From the NCBI GenBank assembly GCA_038891615.1, contig JAWADY010000002.1, positions 140,416 through 204,415 of the forward strand: a stretch of DNA of 64,000 nt, read 5' to 3'. Below, one piece after another: positions 42,892-51,802 of this stretch (the stretch's first letter is position 1; each line of letters starts with the position of its first letter). The notes under the pieces were generated by a model that saw nothing but the letters and a program-made list of their open reading frames with translations, was not told where the DNA came from and did no database searches. This DNA comes from Candidatus Woesearchaeota archaeon. Its GTDB lineage: Archaea > Nanobdellota > Nanobdellia > Woesearchaeales > ARS49. The translations under genes were made by a program, and so were the position numbers.

Positions 42892-43011
42892 TGGGGCTGC
42901 CCGGACTTTCAAAAGGCTTTCTGCTGAAAGCCACTATTTGAACCGGGATCACCTGCTCTCCTGACTTTTGTACCCAAGGCAGGAAGCCTAACCAAGTTAG
43001 CAGACAGCCCC
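42892..43011 (-). tRNA. tRNA-Pro (anticodon UGG) with two putative introns (about 15 nt at 37/38; about 31 nt between T-loop and 3' T-stem)
   Basis: Minus strand, 120 nt. Collinear with tRNA-Pro(CGG): acceptor GGGGCTG/CAGCCCC, D-loop AACTTGG, anticodon arm CCTGC-CTTGGG[ins]A-GCAGG, and T-arm CCCGG-TTCAAAT[ins]CCGGG. Confidence 0.8.
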
Positions 43012-43077
43012 TGAATTAAAAAATGATTGACAAGCGGTTTTTAAATCTATCGCTCATTCAAATTTTTGGCATAAAGC

Positions 43078-43085
43078 TTTATAAA
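43078..43085 (+). promoter_or_regulatory. TATA box (TTTATAAA) for aRF1
   Basis: Lies 23 nt upstream of the ATG at 43108. Confidence 0.55.
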
Positions 43086-43107
43086 CATTCCTCGGCTTGA
43101 GCTTATA

Positions 43108-44211
43108 ATGACGCTCACAACCTACCAGCGATATCAGCTCAAAAAATTCATACGCGAGCTTGAAGGATACAGCGGCAGACATACCGAGCTTGTATCAGTT
43201 TATATTCCTGGCGGCTACGAATTAGCAAAGATTATTTCCCAGCTTCAGCAGGAGCAGGGCACTGCAACAAACATAAAGTCAGCCTCAACAAGAAAGAATG
43301 TCATTGACGCACTTGAACGGATGATACAGCACCTCAAGCTTTTCAAGAGCACACCAGAACATGGTTTGGCAGTTTTTTCAGGAAATATTGCTGCACGAGA
43401 GGGCGCTTCTGATGTGCGTGTCTGGTCAATAGAACCTCCAATTCCACTAAATGTAAAGATTTACAGATGTGACAAGAAGTTTGTTCTTGAGCCTTTGATT
43501 GATATGCTTGATGTCAAAGAGGCTTATGGCCTTGTTGTAATGGATAGACGAGATGCGATGCTTGCGCTTCTCAAAGGCAAAACGATTGTCCCTCTTGTTA
43601 AGACGCACTCCGAGGTTCCTGGCAAATTCAAAGCAGGAGGACAGAGCGCACATCGTTTTGAAATGAACCGCGAACTTGCTGCAAAGGCACACTACAAAAA
43701 GGTTGCAGAGCACATGAAAAACCAGTTTCTTGGGCTTGAAGGGCTAAAGGGAATTCTTGTCGGAGGACCTGGCCCGACAAAGTACGAACTCGTTGAAGGT
43801 GACTATATAACAGCTGATGTGAAGAAGAAAATACTTGCAGTAAAAGATATAACCTACACTGATGAGTTTGGGCTGCAGGAGCTTGTGGAGCGTTCACATG
43901 ATGTCCTTGCAGCTGAAGATATTGTTGAAGAAAAAAAGATAGTTAGGCGATTTCTTGAGCTTCTTGCCAAAAAGCCAGGGAAGGTTGCTTATGGTGAAGC
44001 CGAGGTCAAAAAATATCTTGAAATGGGCACTGTTGAAACACTCTTAATCTCAGATACGCTTGAAGAAGCAAAGATTAAGGAGTTTGAGGAAATTGCAAAG
44101 AAATATTCTACTGAAGTCAGGATGATATCCACCGAGACGACTGAAGGGATGCAGCTTCGCGACCTTGGAAAAATTGCTGCCCTGCTACGTTACGAAGCAG
44201 CAATTGGATAA
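43108..44211 (+). CDS. prf1: peptide chain release factor aRF1
   Basis: NIKS motif 'TATNIKSAS' and GGQ motif 'KAGGQSAHRF'. Confidence 0.95.
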   Translation: MTLTTYQRYQLKKFIRELEGYSGRHTELVSVYIPGGYELAKIISQLQQEQGTATNIKSASTRKNVIDALERMIQHLKLFKSTPEHGLAVFSGNIAAREGASDVRVWSIEPPIPLNVKIYRCDKKFVLEPLIDMLDVKEAYGLVVMDRRDAMLALLKGKTIVPLVKTHSEVPGKFKAGGQSAHRFEMNRELAAKAHYKKVAEHMKNQFLGLEGLKGILVGGPGPTKYELVEGDYITADVKKKILAVKDITYTDEFGLQELVERSHDVLAAEDIVEEKKIVRRFLELLAKKPGKVAYGEAEVKKYLEMGTVETLLISDTLEEAKIKEFEEIAKKYSTEVRMISTETTEGMQLRDLGKIAALLRYEAAIG

Positions 44212-44225
44212 CCTTTGCTTACAAA

Positions 44226-44894
44226 ATGATATCTTCAGAACTTGTCCAGAAGGCTTTTAGTGAAATTTTTCCAGACAAACCTTTTTATTATGTCCCTCTA
44301 ATCAGATATTCAGGAAGGCTCAAGGGCTATAACGCAAATGTCAGATTTGATGAGGCAAACCGAAAGTTAATCTTCAGTCTGAGCAAAGCGTGGAAGGCTG
44401 TTGAGCCCGCGATAAAACTTGGCCTACTCCAAGCACTGCTAGTAAAACTCTTCAAGAGGCCTGTCAGAACGCTCCATATCGAGCTATACCACAACTTCCT
44501 GTCAAGCCTTGGCGAAGTTGCTGATGTCAAAAGCTCACATCCAGAATTAGAAGCATCCTTTGAAAGAGTGAACAACAGGTATTTTGGAGGCATGCTAACA
44601 AAACCAAACCTTATTTTTAGCAAGTCCTTGGCTCGTCTAGGAAGCTATGACTATGCAACAGATACAATAACAATAAGCCGAGCCTTGCTTAGCAACAAGA
44701 AGCTTCTTGATTATGTCATGTATCATGAAATGCTTCACAAGAAGTTGAAGTTTGCAACTGGAAAGGAGAGCTTGCGTCTGCTACATCACACAAAAGCATT
44801 TAAAGAAGCAGAGGCGCGTTTTGATGACGCGGCTGAGTTAGAGAAAGAGCTTTCACGGCTTGTTTCAAGCTTGCGCAAGCACAAGAGATGTTGA
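44226..44894 (+). CDS. SprT/DUF45-like zinc metallopeptidase
   Basis: HExxH motif 'YHEMLHKKL', with a downstream 'HH.K.F'. Confidence 0.55.
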   Translation: MISSELVQKAFSEIFPDKPFYYVPLIRYSGRLKGYNANVRFDEANRKLIFSLSKAWKAVEPAIKLGLLQALLVKLFKRPVRTLHIELYHNFLSSLGEVADVKSSHPELEASFERVNNRYFGGMLTKPNLIFSKSLARLGSYDYATDTITISRALLSNKKLLDYVMYHEMLHKKLKFATGKESLRLLHHTKAFKEAEARFDDAAELEKELSRLVSSLRKHKRC

Positions 44895-44929
44895 AAGCTT
44901 TGATGTTTTGTTAGAGCCTTTGAGAAATC

Positions 44930-44937
44930 TTTATAAA
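44930..44937 (+). promoter_or_regulatory. TATA box (TTTATAAA) for aIF5A
   Basis: Lies 23 nt upstream of the ATG at 44960. Confidence 0.55.
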
Positions 44938-44959
44938 TATCCTTTTTGAGCAAAAGGGC

Positions 44960-45373
44960 ATGGCAACAAAGGTTGTGCCTGCTGGACAGATAAAAGAGGG
45001 AAGCTATATAGTTATTGATGGAGCGGCTTGTAAGGTCGTTGAGGCAACGCATGGTAAAGGTGGCAAGCATGGTGCGGCAAAGATGAGAATAGTTGCCATT
45101 GGCATCCTTGACAACAAAAAAAGAGATATTGTTATGCCAGCTTCCGATACCGTTGAGGTTCCTATTATAGAAAAGCGCTCTGCGCAGGTTCTCTCAGTGT
45201 CTGGAGATAAAGCAAATGTGATGGATTCTGAGACTTATGAAACATTTGACCTTGAAATTCCAGAAGAGTTGAAAGGAAAAATAGTTGAAGGTGTACAGAT
45301 ACTCTACTGGGATGTGCTTGGTCAAAAGGTCATGAAACAGCTAAAGTCAGGAGCAGAAACAAGCGAGGAATAA
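44960..45373 (+). CDS. eif5a: translation initiation factor 5A (aIF5A)
   Basis: Hypusine-loop 'GKGGKHGAAKMR' and a C-terminal OB fold. Confidence 0.9.
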   Translation: MATKVVPAGQIKEGSYIVIDGAACKVVEATHGKGGKHGAAKMRIVAIGILDNKKRDIVMPASDTVEVPIIEKRSAQVLSVSGDKANVMDSETYETFDLEIPEELKGKIVEGVQILYWDVLGQKVMKQLKSGAETSEE

Positions 45374-45402
45374 CTTTGTTTAATGTTCGTGGTTGATGAG
45401 CT

Positions 45403-45564
45403 ATGGTAAGATTTCCAGAAGCCGAGGCAAGGCTTTTCAAGAACAAATTCGTGTGTAGGAAGTGCAAGAGTGTGATTACTGCGACAACCATGCGTATAAT
45501 GTCAGGAAAAATAAGTTGCAGGAAATGCGGAAGTCATCAGTTCAAGCCTAAAAGAAAGAAGTAA
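45403..45564 (+). CDS. rpl40e: ribosomal protein L40e
   Basis: Hand-found 53-aa ORF MVRFPEAEARLFKNKFVCRKCKSVITATTMRIMSGKISCRKCGSHQFKPKRKK. Confidence 0.85.
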   Translation: MVRFPEAEARLFKNKFVCRKCKSVITATTMRIMSGKISCRKCGSHQFKPKRKK

Positions 45565-45600
45565 AACATCTTTTGATTTTTGTCTGAGGAATGAGTTTAT

Positions 45601-46809
45601 ATGTCAATTGATTTTCAGAGTGTCATCACAGTATTAATTGTTGGATGGCTGTTTCTTTTTTTGTTTAGGCATAGAAAAAGCCTTCAATTGCAAAAACTCG
45701 CTTTCCCATTTTTCTATTTTATCATGTACAGGACAAAAGCTGGCATTTCTTGGATGGACAAGATAGCTCGAAGGGCATCAACTTTCTGGCAGAGGCTTTC
45801 ACTTCTTGGAGTCGTTGTAGGCTTTGTTGCAATGGTTGGAATGTCAGCCTTTCTTATCAAGATAACCATTGACCTTTTTACAAAGCCGACTGCAGCGCCG
45901 GGGCTTGCACTTGTCCTGCCTGTAAAGTTAAAAGGAGTCTTTTTTGTTCCGCTGTTCTATTGGATTATTTCTATCTTCGTTGTTGCAACCCTTCATGAAT
46001 TTGCTCACGGTGTCGCAGCAAGGTCTTACAAGTTGCCTGTTAAGCATTCAGGGCTTGCTGTTCTTTGCCTTCTCTTGCCACTAATTCCGGCAGCTTTTGT
46101 CGAACCAGATGAAAAGGCGCTAGCTAATGCTTCAGCTAGAGCAAAGCTTTCTGTCTTTGCTGCAGGCGCTTTTGCGAACATCCTTTTTGCACTGCTCCTT
46201 GTCTTTGCACTTGGAATACCACTTCCATTACTTGGAAAAGTTGTAAAGACAACAGCGGTTGTTGATATTGAGCACGAAATTGCAAAATGGTCCGCTCTTG
46301 ATGGCATAAGAGTTGCTGAAATAGTTGAAGGAAGCCCAGCCGCTCTTGCAGGTCTAAAAAAGGGTGAAATTGTTAAAGAGATAGATGGAATTACCATTTC
46401 AAACCTTGAAGCATTGAGAGCTTTTGAAGGGCTTAAGCCTGGAAAGAGTGTTTTTTTGAAGACTGAAAACAAAAGCTATAAACTGGTTGCTGCAACCCAT
46501 CCTGACGAAAAGCAAAAGACTGCTGACAAAGGCTATCTTGGCATCTCATTTGAGCCTGTTACAAAGAAACCGAAACAAAATGCAGAGGTTATGCTATCTC
46601 TGCTAGCGCTTGTTGTTTGGGTTGTACAATTCAATCTCGGCATAGGGCTTGCAAACCTTCTACCGATAGGTCCACTTGATGGCGGGCGGATGGCGCAGTT
46701 TGGAATTGAAAGAATTTTTAAGAAAAAGGGCAGGCTTATGTGGCGATGGCTTAGCCTTTTCTTCGGAATCCTTGCATTAATTAACATTTTTGCAGGCTTT
46801 GTGAAGTAG
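45601..46809 (+). CDS. site-2 protease (M50 family) with PDZ domain
   Basis: 'LHEFAHGVAA' (HExxH), a PDZ-like 'VEGSPAALAGLKKGEIVKEIDG', and 'NLLPIGPLDGGR'. Confidence 0.85.
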   Translation: MSIDFQSVITVLIVGWLFLFLFRHRKSLQLQKLAFPFFYFIMYRTKAGISWMDKIARRASTFWQRLSLLGVVVGFVAMVGMSAFLIKITIDLFTKPTAAPGLALVLPVKLKGVFFVPLFYWIISIFVVATLHEFAHGVAARSYKLPVKHSGLAVLCLLLPLIPAAFVEPDEKALANASARAKLSVFAAGAFANILFALLLVFALGIPLPLLGKVVKTTAVVDIEHEIAKWSALDGIRVAEIVEGSPAALAGLKKGEIVKEIDGITISNLEALRAFEGLKPGKSVFLKTENKSYKLVAATHPDEKQKTADKGYLGISFEPVTKKPKQNAEVMLSLLALVVWVVQFNLGIGLANLLPIGPLDGGRMAQFGIERIFKKKGRLMWRWLSLFFGILALINIFAGFVK

Positions 46810-46821
46810 CTGCTTTTCAAT

Positions 46822-47145
46822 TTATGCTCGCCTGAGCTGCTCAAAATACCTCTTCACGCGTTCGTCGCCCTTTGGCTTTGCAGAAGGCCCTAGCTTGTAA
46901 TAAACCTTTTCAGCAACGCTTCCCCAGGAAAACTCTCCTTTCTCAAGCTTCACCTCCTCAATCACAAACTCGCCCAGCGCAACCCCTTTTTTCAGATGGT
47001 AATAAATAATCTCCCGCGTGCAACTTGGAAAAATCTCTTGGTAAATCTTGTTTATTTGGTAACCGTGGGCAGTGCCAAGAACTGCAAGCAGTTCTACAAT
47101 ATTTTGCCTTATCTGCGAGGATGCAGGTCTACCTCTTCTTAACAT
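46822..47145 (-). CDS. winged-helix transcriptional regulator (PadR-like, tentative)
   Basis: 'IVELLAVLGTAHGYQINKIYQEIF..IIYYHLKKGVALGEF'. The ATG at 47145 is 25 nt from the TATA box; the track start at 47157 is a TTG. Confidence 0.5.
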   Translation of the reverse strand: MLRRGRPASSQIRQNIVELLAVLGTAHGYQINKIYQEIFPSCTREIIYYHLKKGVALGEFVIEEVKLEKGEFSWGSVAEKVYYKLGPSAKPKGDERVKRYFEQLRRA

Positions 47146-47169
47146 TCTTTTTAACAAGCTAGCTGGGGC

Positions 47170-47176
47170 TTATAAA
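47170..47176 (-). promoter_or_regulatory. TATA box candidate (TTATAAG/CTTATAA) for the wHTH regulator
   Basis: Lies 25 nt upstream of the ATG at 47145. Confidence 0.4.
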
Positions 47177-47278
47177 CCTTTTTTCTAATTCTGTTTTGGC
47201 TGTTTTCCTTCTTTGTTAGAAAGCTCGCTCGGCTTTGTGAGCTCTTTTTGAAATTCCCTATTAACAAAATTTTTGACA

Positions 47279-49726
47279 CTAGCGCTTTCTTTTTAACCTT
47301 TTCTCCTCTTCAGCAACATGCAACTTAGTCCTTATTACCGCATCAGGGCTCAAAGAAATGCTGTCAATTCCCTCTCGTACAAGAAAACGTGCAAACTCAG
47401 GAAATGTGCTTGGCGCATCTCCACATATTCCTATTTTTTTCTTCATCTTTTTTGCCTTTCTTATAACTTCTGCAACCATTCGCATTACGGCTTCATTTCT
47501 TTCGTCATAGAGCTCTGACACAAGCTCGCTATCACGGTCAAGACCAAGAATGAGCTGCGTCAAATCGTTTGTTCCAATGCTAAAGCCATCAAATATCTTC
47601 GCAAATTGCTCAGCAAGAATTACATTACTGGGTATTTCACACATAACATATACCTTTAGTCCATCCTTTCCGCGCTTCAGCCCATTTTTAGCCATCTCCT
47701 GAAGAACCTTTTTACCTTCTTCAACTGTCCTGCAAAAAGGAATCATTACGGAAACATTCTTTAAGCCAAATTCATCACGCACCTTTTTTATTGCCCGACA
47801 TTCAAGACCGAACCCTTCGCTATAGCCTTTGTAATATCTACTTGCACCACGCCAACCAATCATTGGATTGTCTTCTTTAGGTTCGTAGGCCTCGCCGCCT
47901 ATGAGGTTTGCGTACTCATTGCTTTTGAAGTCAGAAAAGCGGACTATCACTTCATTGGGCCAGAAGGCGGCTCCTATCACCCCGATTCCTTCACTGAGCT
48001 TGTCTATGAAGAATTGCTTTTTGTCCGCATAACCATGAGTTATCTCCTCTATCTTTCTTTTTATGTGCTCAGGCTGGCTGTCAAATTCAAGAAGAGCCAT
48101 GGGATGAATCTTTATGTAATTACTTATTATGAACTCTTCCCTCGCAAGGCCAATGCCATCATTTGGAATAAAACTAAAATCAAAAGCCTCTTCTGGGTCG
48201 CCAAGGTTCATCATTATCTTTGTTTTTGTTTTTGGCAGCTTTTTAAGGTCTATTTTGTTTATGCCAAACTTCAGCAATCCTTTGTAGACCTTTCCAACTT
48301 CGCCTTCGCAGCAGCTGACAGTTATTTGCTGACCTGTTTTTATTTTTTCAGTTGCGTTATTAGTGCCAACAATGCAAGGCAGGCCAAGTTCCCTTGAAAC
48401 TATTGCCGCATGGGCAGTACGCCCTCCACGATTTGTCACTATTGCCGAAGCAATGCGCATCGCAGGTACCCAGTCGGGGTCTGTCATTTCTGTAACAAGG
48501 ACTTCTCCGGGCTTGAAGGCTGTTATGTCTTTAACATCTTTTATGACGTGAGCCCTGCCTTGGCCAACTTTTGTTCCAACGGCCTTCCCTGAAACGATTA
48601 CTTCGCCCTTTTCTTTGAGATAGTACTCCTCAACAATATCCCTTCTTCTTTTGCTTTGTACTGTTTCTGGCCTTGCCTGAACAATAAACAGCTTGTTTAG
48701 AATTCCATCCTTTGCCCATTCAATGTCCATTGGAGTCCAGCCGCCTTTCTTTTTTGAGTAGTGCTCCTCAATCGCCATGCCCCATCTTGCAAGCGTGAGA
48801 ACTTCATCATCGCTTAGCACAAACCTTTTTCGCTCTTCAAGTGGCACAGAAACGCTCTTTGTAGGCCTTGTGCCTTCCTCTGAATAAATTATCTTCTGGC
48901 TTTTTTCGCCTAGCACCTTCATTATTATTGGCTTAAAGCCTTCCTTCAGAGTTGGTTTATGCACATAGTACTCATCTGGGTTTACGATTCCTTGAACAAT
49001 GTTCTCGCCAAGCCCCCAGCTACCTGTTATAAAGATGACATCCTTAAATCCGGTTTCTGTGTCTAATGTAAATAGGACTCCTGAACATGCGAGGTCGGAC
49101 CTCACCATTTTCTGGACACCAACTGAAAGGTAAACCTTAAGATGGTCAAAGCCATGCTCCTCGCGATAGGCAATTGCCCTGTTGGTGAAGAGAGAAGCAA
49201 AGCAGTTCTTGCAAGCATTGAGAAGCTCGTTTTCTCCTCTTATGTTTAGGTAGGTTTCTTGTTGGCCAGCAAAACTTGCTTCTGGAAGGTCTTCTGCCGT
49301 GGCAGAACTTCTCACCGCAACATCTACATTAGGAGTTTTGTAAAGCTTGCAGAGCTTGTGATATGCTTCTATAATAGCGTGTTTAAGTTCTGGACTGAAA
49401 TATGCTCTTTGTATAAGTTCCCTGATCTTTCTTCCGCGCTCTGAAAGGTCTTTTATGTTAGTAACATCAAGCCCCTTTAAAAGGCGCCTTATTTGCGGCT
49501 CTAGCCCTGACTCCTTGATGAAGTGTCTGTAAGCATAGGCTGTTATTGCAAAGCCGTTTGGTACGTTTATCCCTTTTTTGGTAAGCTCTCGGTACATCTC
49601 TCCGAGAGATGCGTTTTTCCCACCAACAAGGCTTACATCAGCCATTCCTATTTCATCAAACCACAGCACAAACCTTGTCGCTCTGTCAAGATGTTTTGCC
49701 AATTTTGAGAAATCAACCTTTGCCAA
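47279..49726 (-). CDS. ppsA: phosphoenolpyruvate synthase (pyruvate, water dikinase)
   Basis: 'VLWFDEIGMADVSLVGGKNASLGEM', phospho-His region 'TNRGGRTAHAAIVSRELG', and a C-terminal PEP-utilising TIM barrel. The start is probably the TTG at 49726 (AGAGGGGAG upstream). The track extension to 49870 overlaps pcm. Confidence 0.9.
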   Translation of the reverse strand: MAKVDFSKLAKHLDRATRFVLWFDEIGMADVSLVGGKNASLGEMYRELTKKGINVPNGFAITAYAYRHFIKESGLEPQIRRLLKGLDVTNIKDLSERGRKIRELIQRAYFSPELKHAIIEAYHKLCKLYKTPNVDVAVRSSATAEDLPEASFAGQQETYLNIRGENELLNACKNCFASLFTNRAIAYREEHGFDHLKVYLSVGVQKMVRSDLACSGVLFTLDTETGFKDVIFITGSWGLGENIVQGIVNPDEYYVHKPTLKEGFKPIIMKVLGEKSQKIIYSEEGTRPTKSVSVPLEERKRFVLSDDEVLTLARWGMAIEEHYSKKKGGWTPMDIEWAKDGILNKLFIVQARPETVQSKRRRDIVEEYYLKEKGEVIVSGKAVGTKVGQGRAHVIKDVKDITAFKPGEVLVTEMTDPDWVPAMRIASAIVTNRGGRTAHAAIVSRELGLPCIVGTNNATEKIKTGQQITVSCCEGEVGKVYKGLLKFGINKIDLKKLPKTKTKIMMNLGDPEEAFDFSFIPNDGIGLAREEFIISNYIKIHPMALLEFDSQPEHIKRKIEEITHGYADKKQFFIDKLSEGIGVIGAAFWPNEVIVRFSDFKSNEYANLIGGEAYEPKEDNPMIGWRGASRYYKGYSEGFGLECRAIKKVRDEFGLKNVSVMIPFCRTVEEGKKVLQEMAKNGLKRGKDGLKVYVMCEIPSNVILAEQFAKIFDGFSIGTNDLTQLILGLDRDSELVSELYDERNEAVMRMVAEVIRKAKKMKKKIGICGDAPSTFPEFARFLVREGIDSISLSPDAVIRTKLHVAEEEKRLKRKR

Positions 49727-49769
49727 TCGAATCTCTCCCCTCTTTTTTTTAGAGAAGTTCTCCGTCAGC

Positions 49770-49777
49770 TTTATAAA
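49770..49777. promoter_or_regulatory. palindromic TATA box (CAGC-TTTATAAA-GTTTGCTG) between divergent ppsA and pcm
   Basis: Lies 23 nt upstream of the pcm ATG at 49800 and 44 nt from the proposed ppsA TTG. Confidence 0.55.
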
Positions 49778-49799
49778 GTTTGCTGGCAAACCCCCACAT

Positions 49800-50483
49800 A
49801 TGGTCGAGGACGAAACAGCTAATTCTGAAAAAGAAAAGGAAGCGCTGATCAGTTTCTGGCTTAAAAACAAATTTGTTAAAGATCAAAGAGTTATCGAAGC
49901 ATTCAGGGCAATTGATAGAAGGGACTTTGTCCTTCCATACCAAAAGGCTATAGCCTACGAAGATAGGCCCTTGCCCATTTTAGCAGAACAGACAATCTCG
50001 CAACCAACAACTGTTGTACAAATGCTTGAAGCTCTTGAGCTCAAGCCTGGCATGGCTGTGCTTGAGATAGGAGCTGGTTCTGGCTACAACGCAGCGCTGA
50101 TTGCGGAGCTTGTAAAGCCAGATGGAAAGGTCTACTCTATTGAAATAATTCCTGAGCTTGCGGACTTTGCAAGGGCTAACATAAAAAAGGCAGGTCTTGA
50201 GGAAATTGTTCAGGTTATAAACGCTGATGGTAGCAAAGGATGGCCTCCAGCTGCGCCTTACGATAGAATTGTTGTAACAGCAGCTGCTCCAGACATTCCA
50301 AAGGCTTATGTTGAACAACTAAAGGAAGACGGAATACTGCTAATCCCAGTGAGTATTAGCGAAGAGCCAGAGTTAACAGAGCTCATAAAGGCAAGAAAAC
50401 AGAAGGGTGGCCTTGTGAAAAAAACTTTGGAAGGTTATTATACATTTGTGAAGCTAAGGGGAGAGAAAGGTTATGCGGATTAA
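49800..50483 (+). CDS. pcm: protein-L-isoaspartate O-methyltransferase
   Basis: 'ISQPTTVVQMLE', 'VLEIGAGSGYNAALIAELV'. ATG at 49800; the track ORF begins upstream inside ppsA. Confidence 0.9.
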   Translation: MVEDETANSEKEKEALISFWLKNKFVKDQRVIEAFRAIDRRDFVLPYQKAIAYEDRPLPILAEQTISQPTTVVQMLEALELKPGMAVLEIGAGSGYNAALIAELVKPDGKVYSIEIIPELADFARANIKKAGLEEIVQVINADGSKGWPPAAPYDRIVVTAAAPDIPKAYVEQLKEDGILLIPVSISEEPELTELIKARKQKGGLVKKTLEGYYTFVKLRGEKGYAD

Positions 50484-51201
50484 CCTCTTAACCTTTATCT
50501 GCTTCCTGCTTTTTGTGTTTGGATGTCAAACATCTTTGAAAGTTAATTTAAAGGAGAAACAAGTTGAAGAGGTGAGTGAAATGACAAATTTTCTTAAAGC
50601 AAAGGATGGCACGCAATTAGCTTATGATTTTTGGCAAGGTGAAAAAGAAAAGCCTGGCATAGTGCTTGTGCACATGCTTCCAAGCAACAGAAGCTCCTGG
50701 AGACCTCTTGTGCCATTTCTACAGAAAGAGGGTTGGAGCGTCATTGCAATTGACTATCGCGGAAGGGGAGAATCTGGTGGAAAGCTTGTTAGCCCGCAAG
50801 ACTTTCAGAACATTGCCCTTGATGTTGATGCTGCAATAGATTTCTTGCAACAAAAAGGGATAAAGACGATAGGTATTGTTGGAGCATCGATAGGTGCCAA
50901 CCACGCACTGCTCGCGGGCTTAAGGCATCCTTCAATAAAATCAGTAGTTCTTCTCAGTCCTGGGCTGGATTACAGAGGTGTAAAAGTTGCCGATGTTGCC
51001 TCAAAGCTTGGCAAGCCTTTGCTTGTTGTTGCCAGCGAAGATGATGCCTATAGCGCGCAAAGCTCAAAGGAAATTATAAGGTTGGCAAAGGAGCCAAAAG
51101 CGCTTAAGATTTATTCAGCAGCTGGTCATGGGACTGACATGCTTAACCAGCCAGACCTTATACCATTGCTCATTGACTGGCTAAAGAAAGGATTTGGTTA
51201 G
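50473..51201 (+). CDS. secreted alpha/beta hydrolase (lipoprotein)
   Basis: Lipobox-like 'LFVFGCQ', nucleophile elbow 'GASIGAN', and 'HG' near the C-terminus. Overlaps pcm by 11 nt. Confidence 0.65.
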   Translation: MRINLLTFICFLLFVFGCQTSLKVNLKEKQVEEVSEMTNFLKAKDGTQLAYDFWQGEKEKPGIVLVHMLPSNRSSWRPLVPFLQKEGWSVIAIDYRGRGESGGKLVSPQDFQNIALDVDAAIDFLQQKGIKTIGIVGASIGANHALLAGLRHPSIKSVVLLSPGLDYRGVKVADVASKLGKPLLVVASEDDAYSAQSSKEIIRLAKEPKALKIYSAAGHGTDMLNQPDLIPLLIDWLKKGFG

Positions 51202-51362
51202 CTAATTAACGTTCGCTTTCCTGCTGTTTTTAAGCGGACTGATTTTCCTTAAATAACCGTTTTCGCTTCAGCTTTTAGCTTGGACAAAATTCTTCACTGC
51301 GTTATAAGCGCTTGCTAAAAGTCAAAGAATGAACAAAAATAAAAGAAAAAGAAAAAGTTCGC

Positions 51363-51692
51363 TCAGTCTTGGGCAGTGGAGTACACTGCTTTGAGCGAAA
51401 CCACGAGCGCAGCTGGTGCAACAAACACCACGATGTTCCTAAAGATTGAAGATATAACCGTTCCAAGAACTGGTAGCGAACTTAAGCTGCCGCTCACCAA
51501 AAGCAGTGCAATAGTGGCTATCAAGAAATTGTTTACTTCTTTTGCGGTTATGTTAAGGAAGCCCACAATCAATCCCAGAAGCACAAGTATCCAACTTACT
51601 GTCGGGATTTGTAGGGCTGGTATCAAACCGGCAACGATTGCCAACAAGACACCTATTATAAATGCCCATTGGCCTGTTTTTGATTCTGCCAT
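51363..51692 (-). CDS. small membrane protein (109 aa, 3-4 TM)
   Basis: Hydrophobic ORF with a strong AAGGAGGG motif 8 nt upstream of the ATG. Confidence 0.55.
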   Translation of the reverse strand: MAESKTGQWAFIIGVLLAIVAGLIPALQIPTVSWILVLLGLIVGFLNITAKEVNNFLIATIALLLVSGSLSSLPVLGTVISSIFRNIVVFVAPAALVVSLKAVYSTAQD

Positions 51693-51802
51693 GCTTTTCC
51701 CTCCTTTTGAGTTGGCTTTTGGCCAACTTATGAATACAAATGTATTTTGATTTCGGTTAAAAAACTTTATGACTACTTAAAAGAAGTTAAAAATCTTATG
51801 GG

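Noticed and set aside
42527-42964. 145-aa plus-strand ORF
   Set aside because: It overlaps rpoP, rpl37ae and tRNA-Pro(UGG) on the opposite strand. It has a hydrophobic low-complexity translation and no promoter.
45385-45402. Possible C-box (GTTGATGAGC) of a C/D sRNA between aIF5A and L40e
   Set aside because: No matching D, C' or D' boxes or terminal stem are present. The downstream sequence is the L40e coding region.
49578-49799. N-terminal 74 codons of track ORF 49578..50483, and the ppsA extension to 49870
   Set aside because: The two track ORFs overlap head-to-head. The conserved Pcm and PpsA sequences begin at 49800 and about 49726 respectively, either side of a TTTATAAA box.
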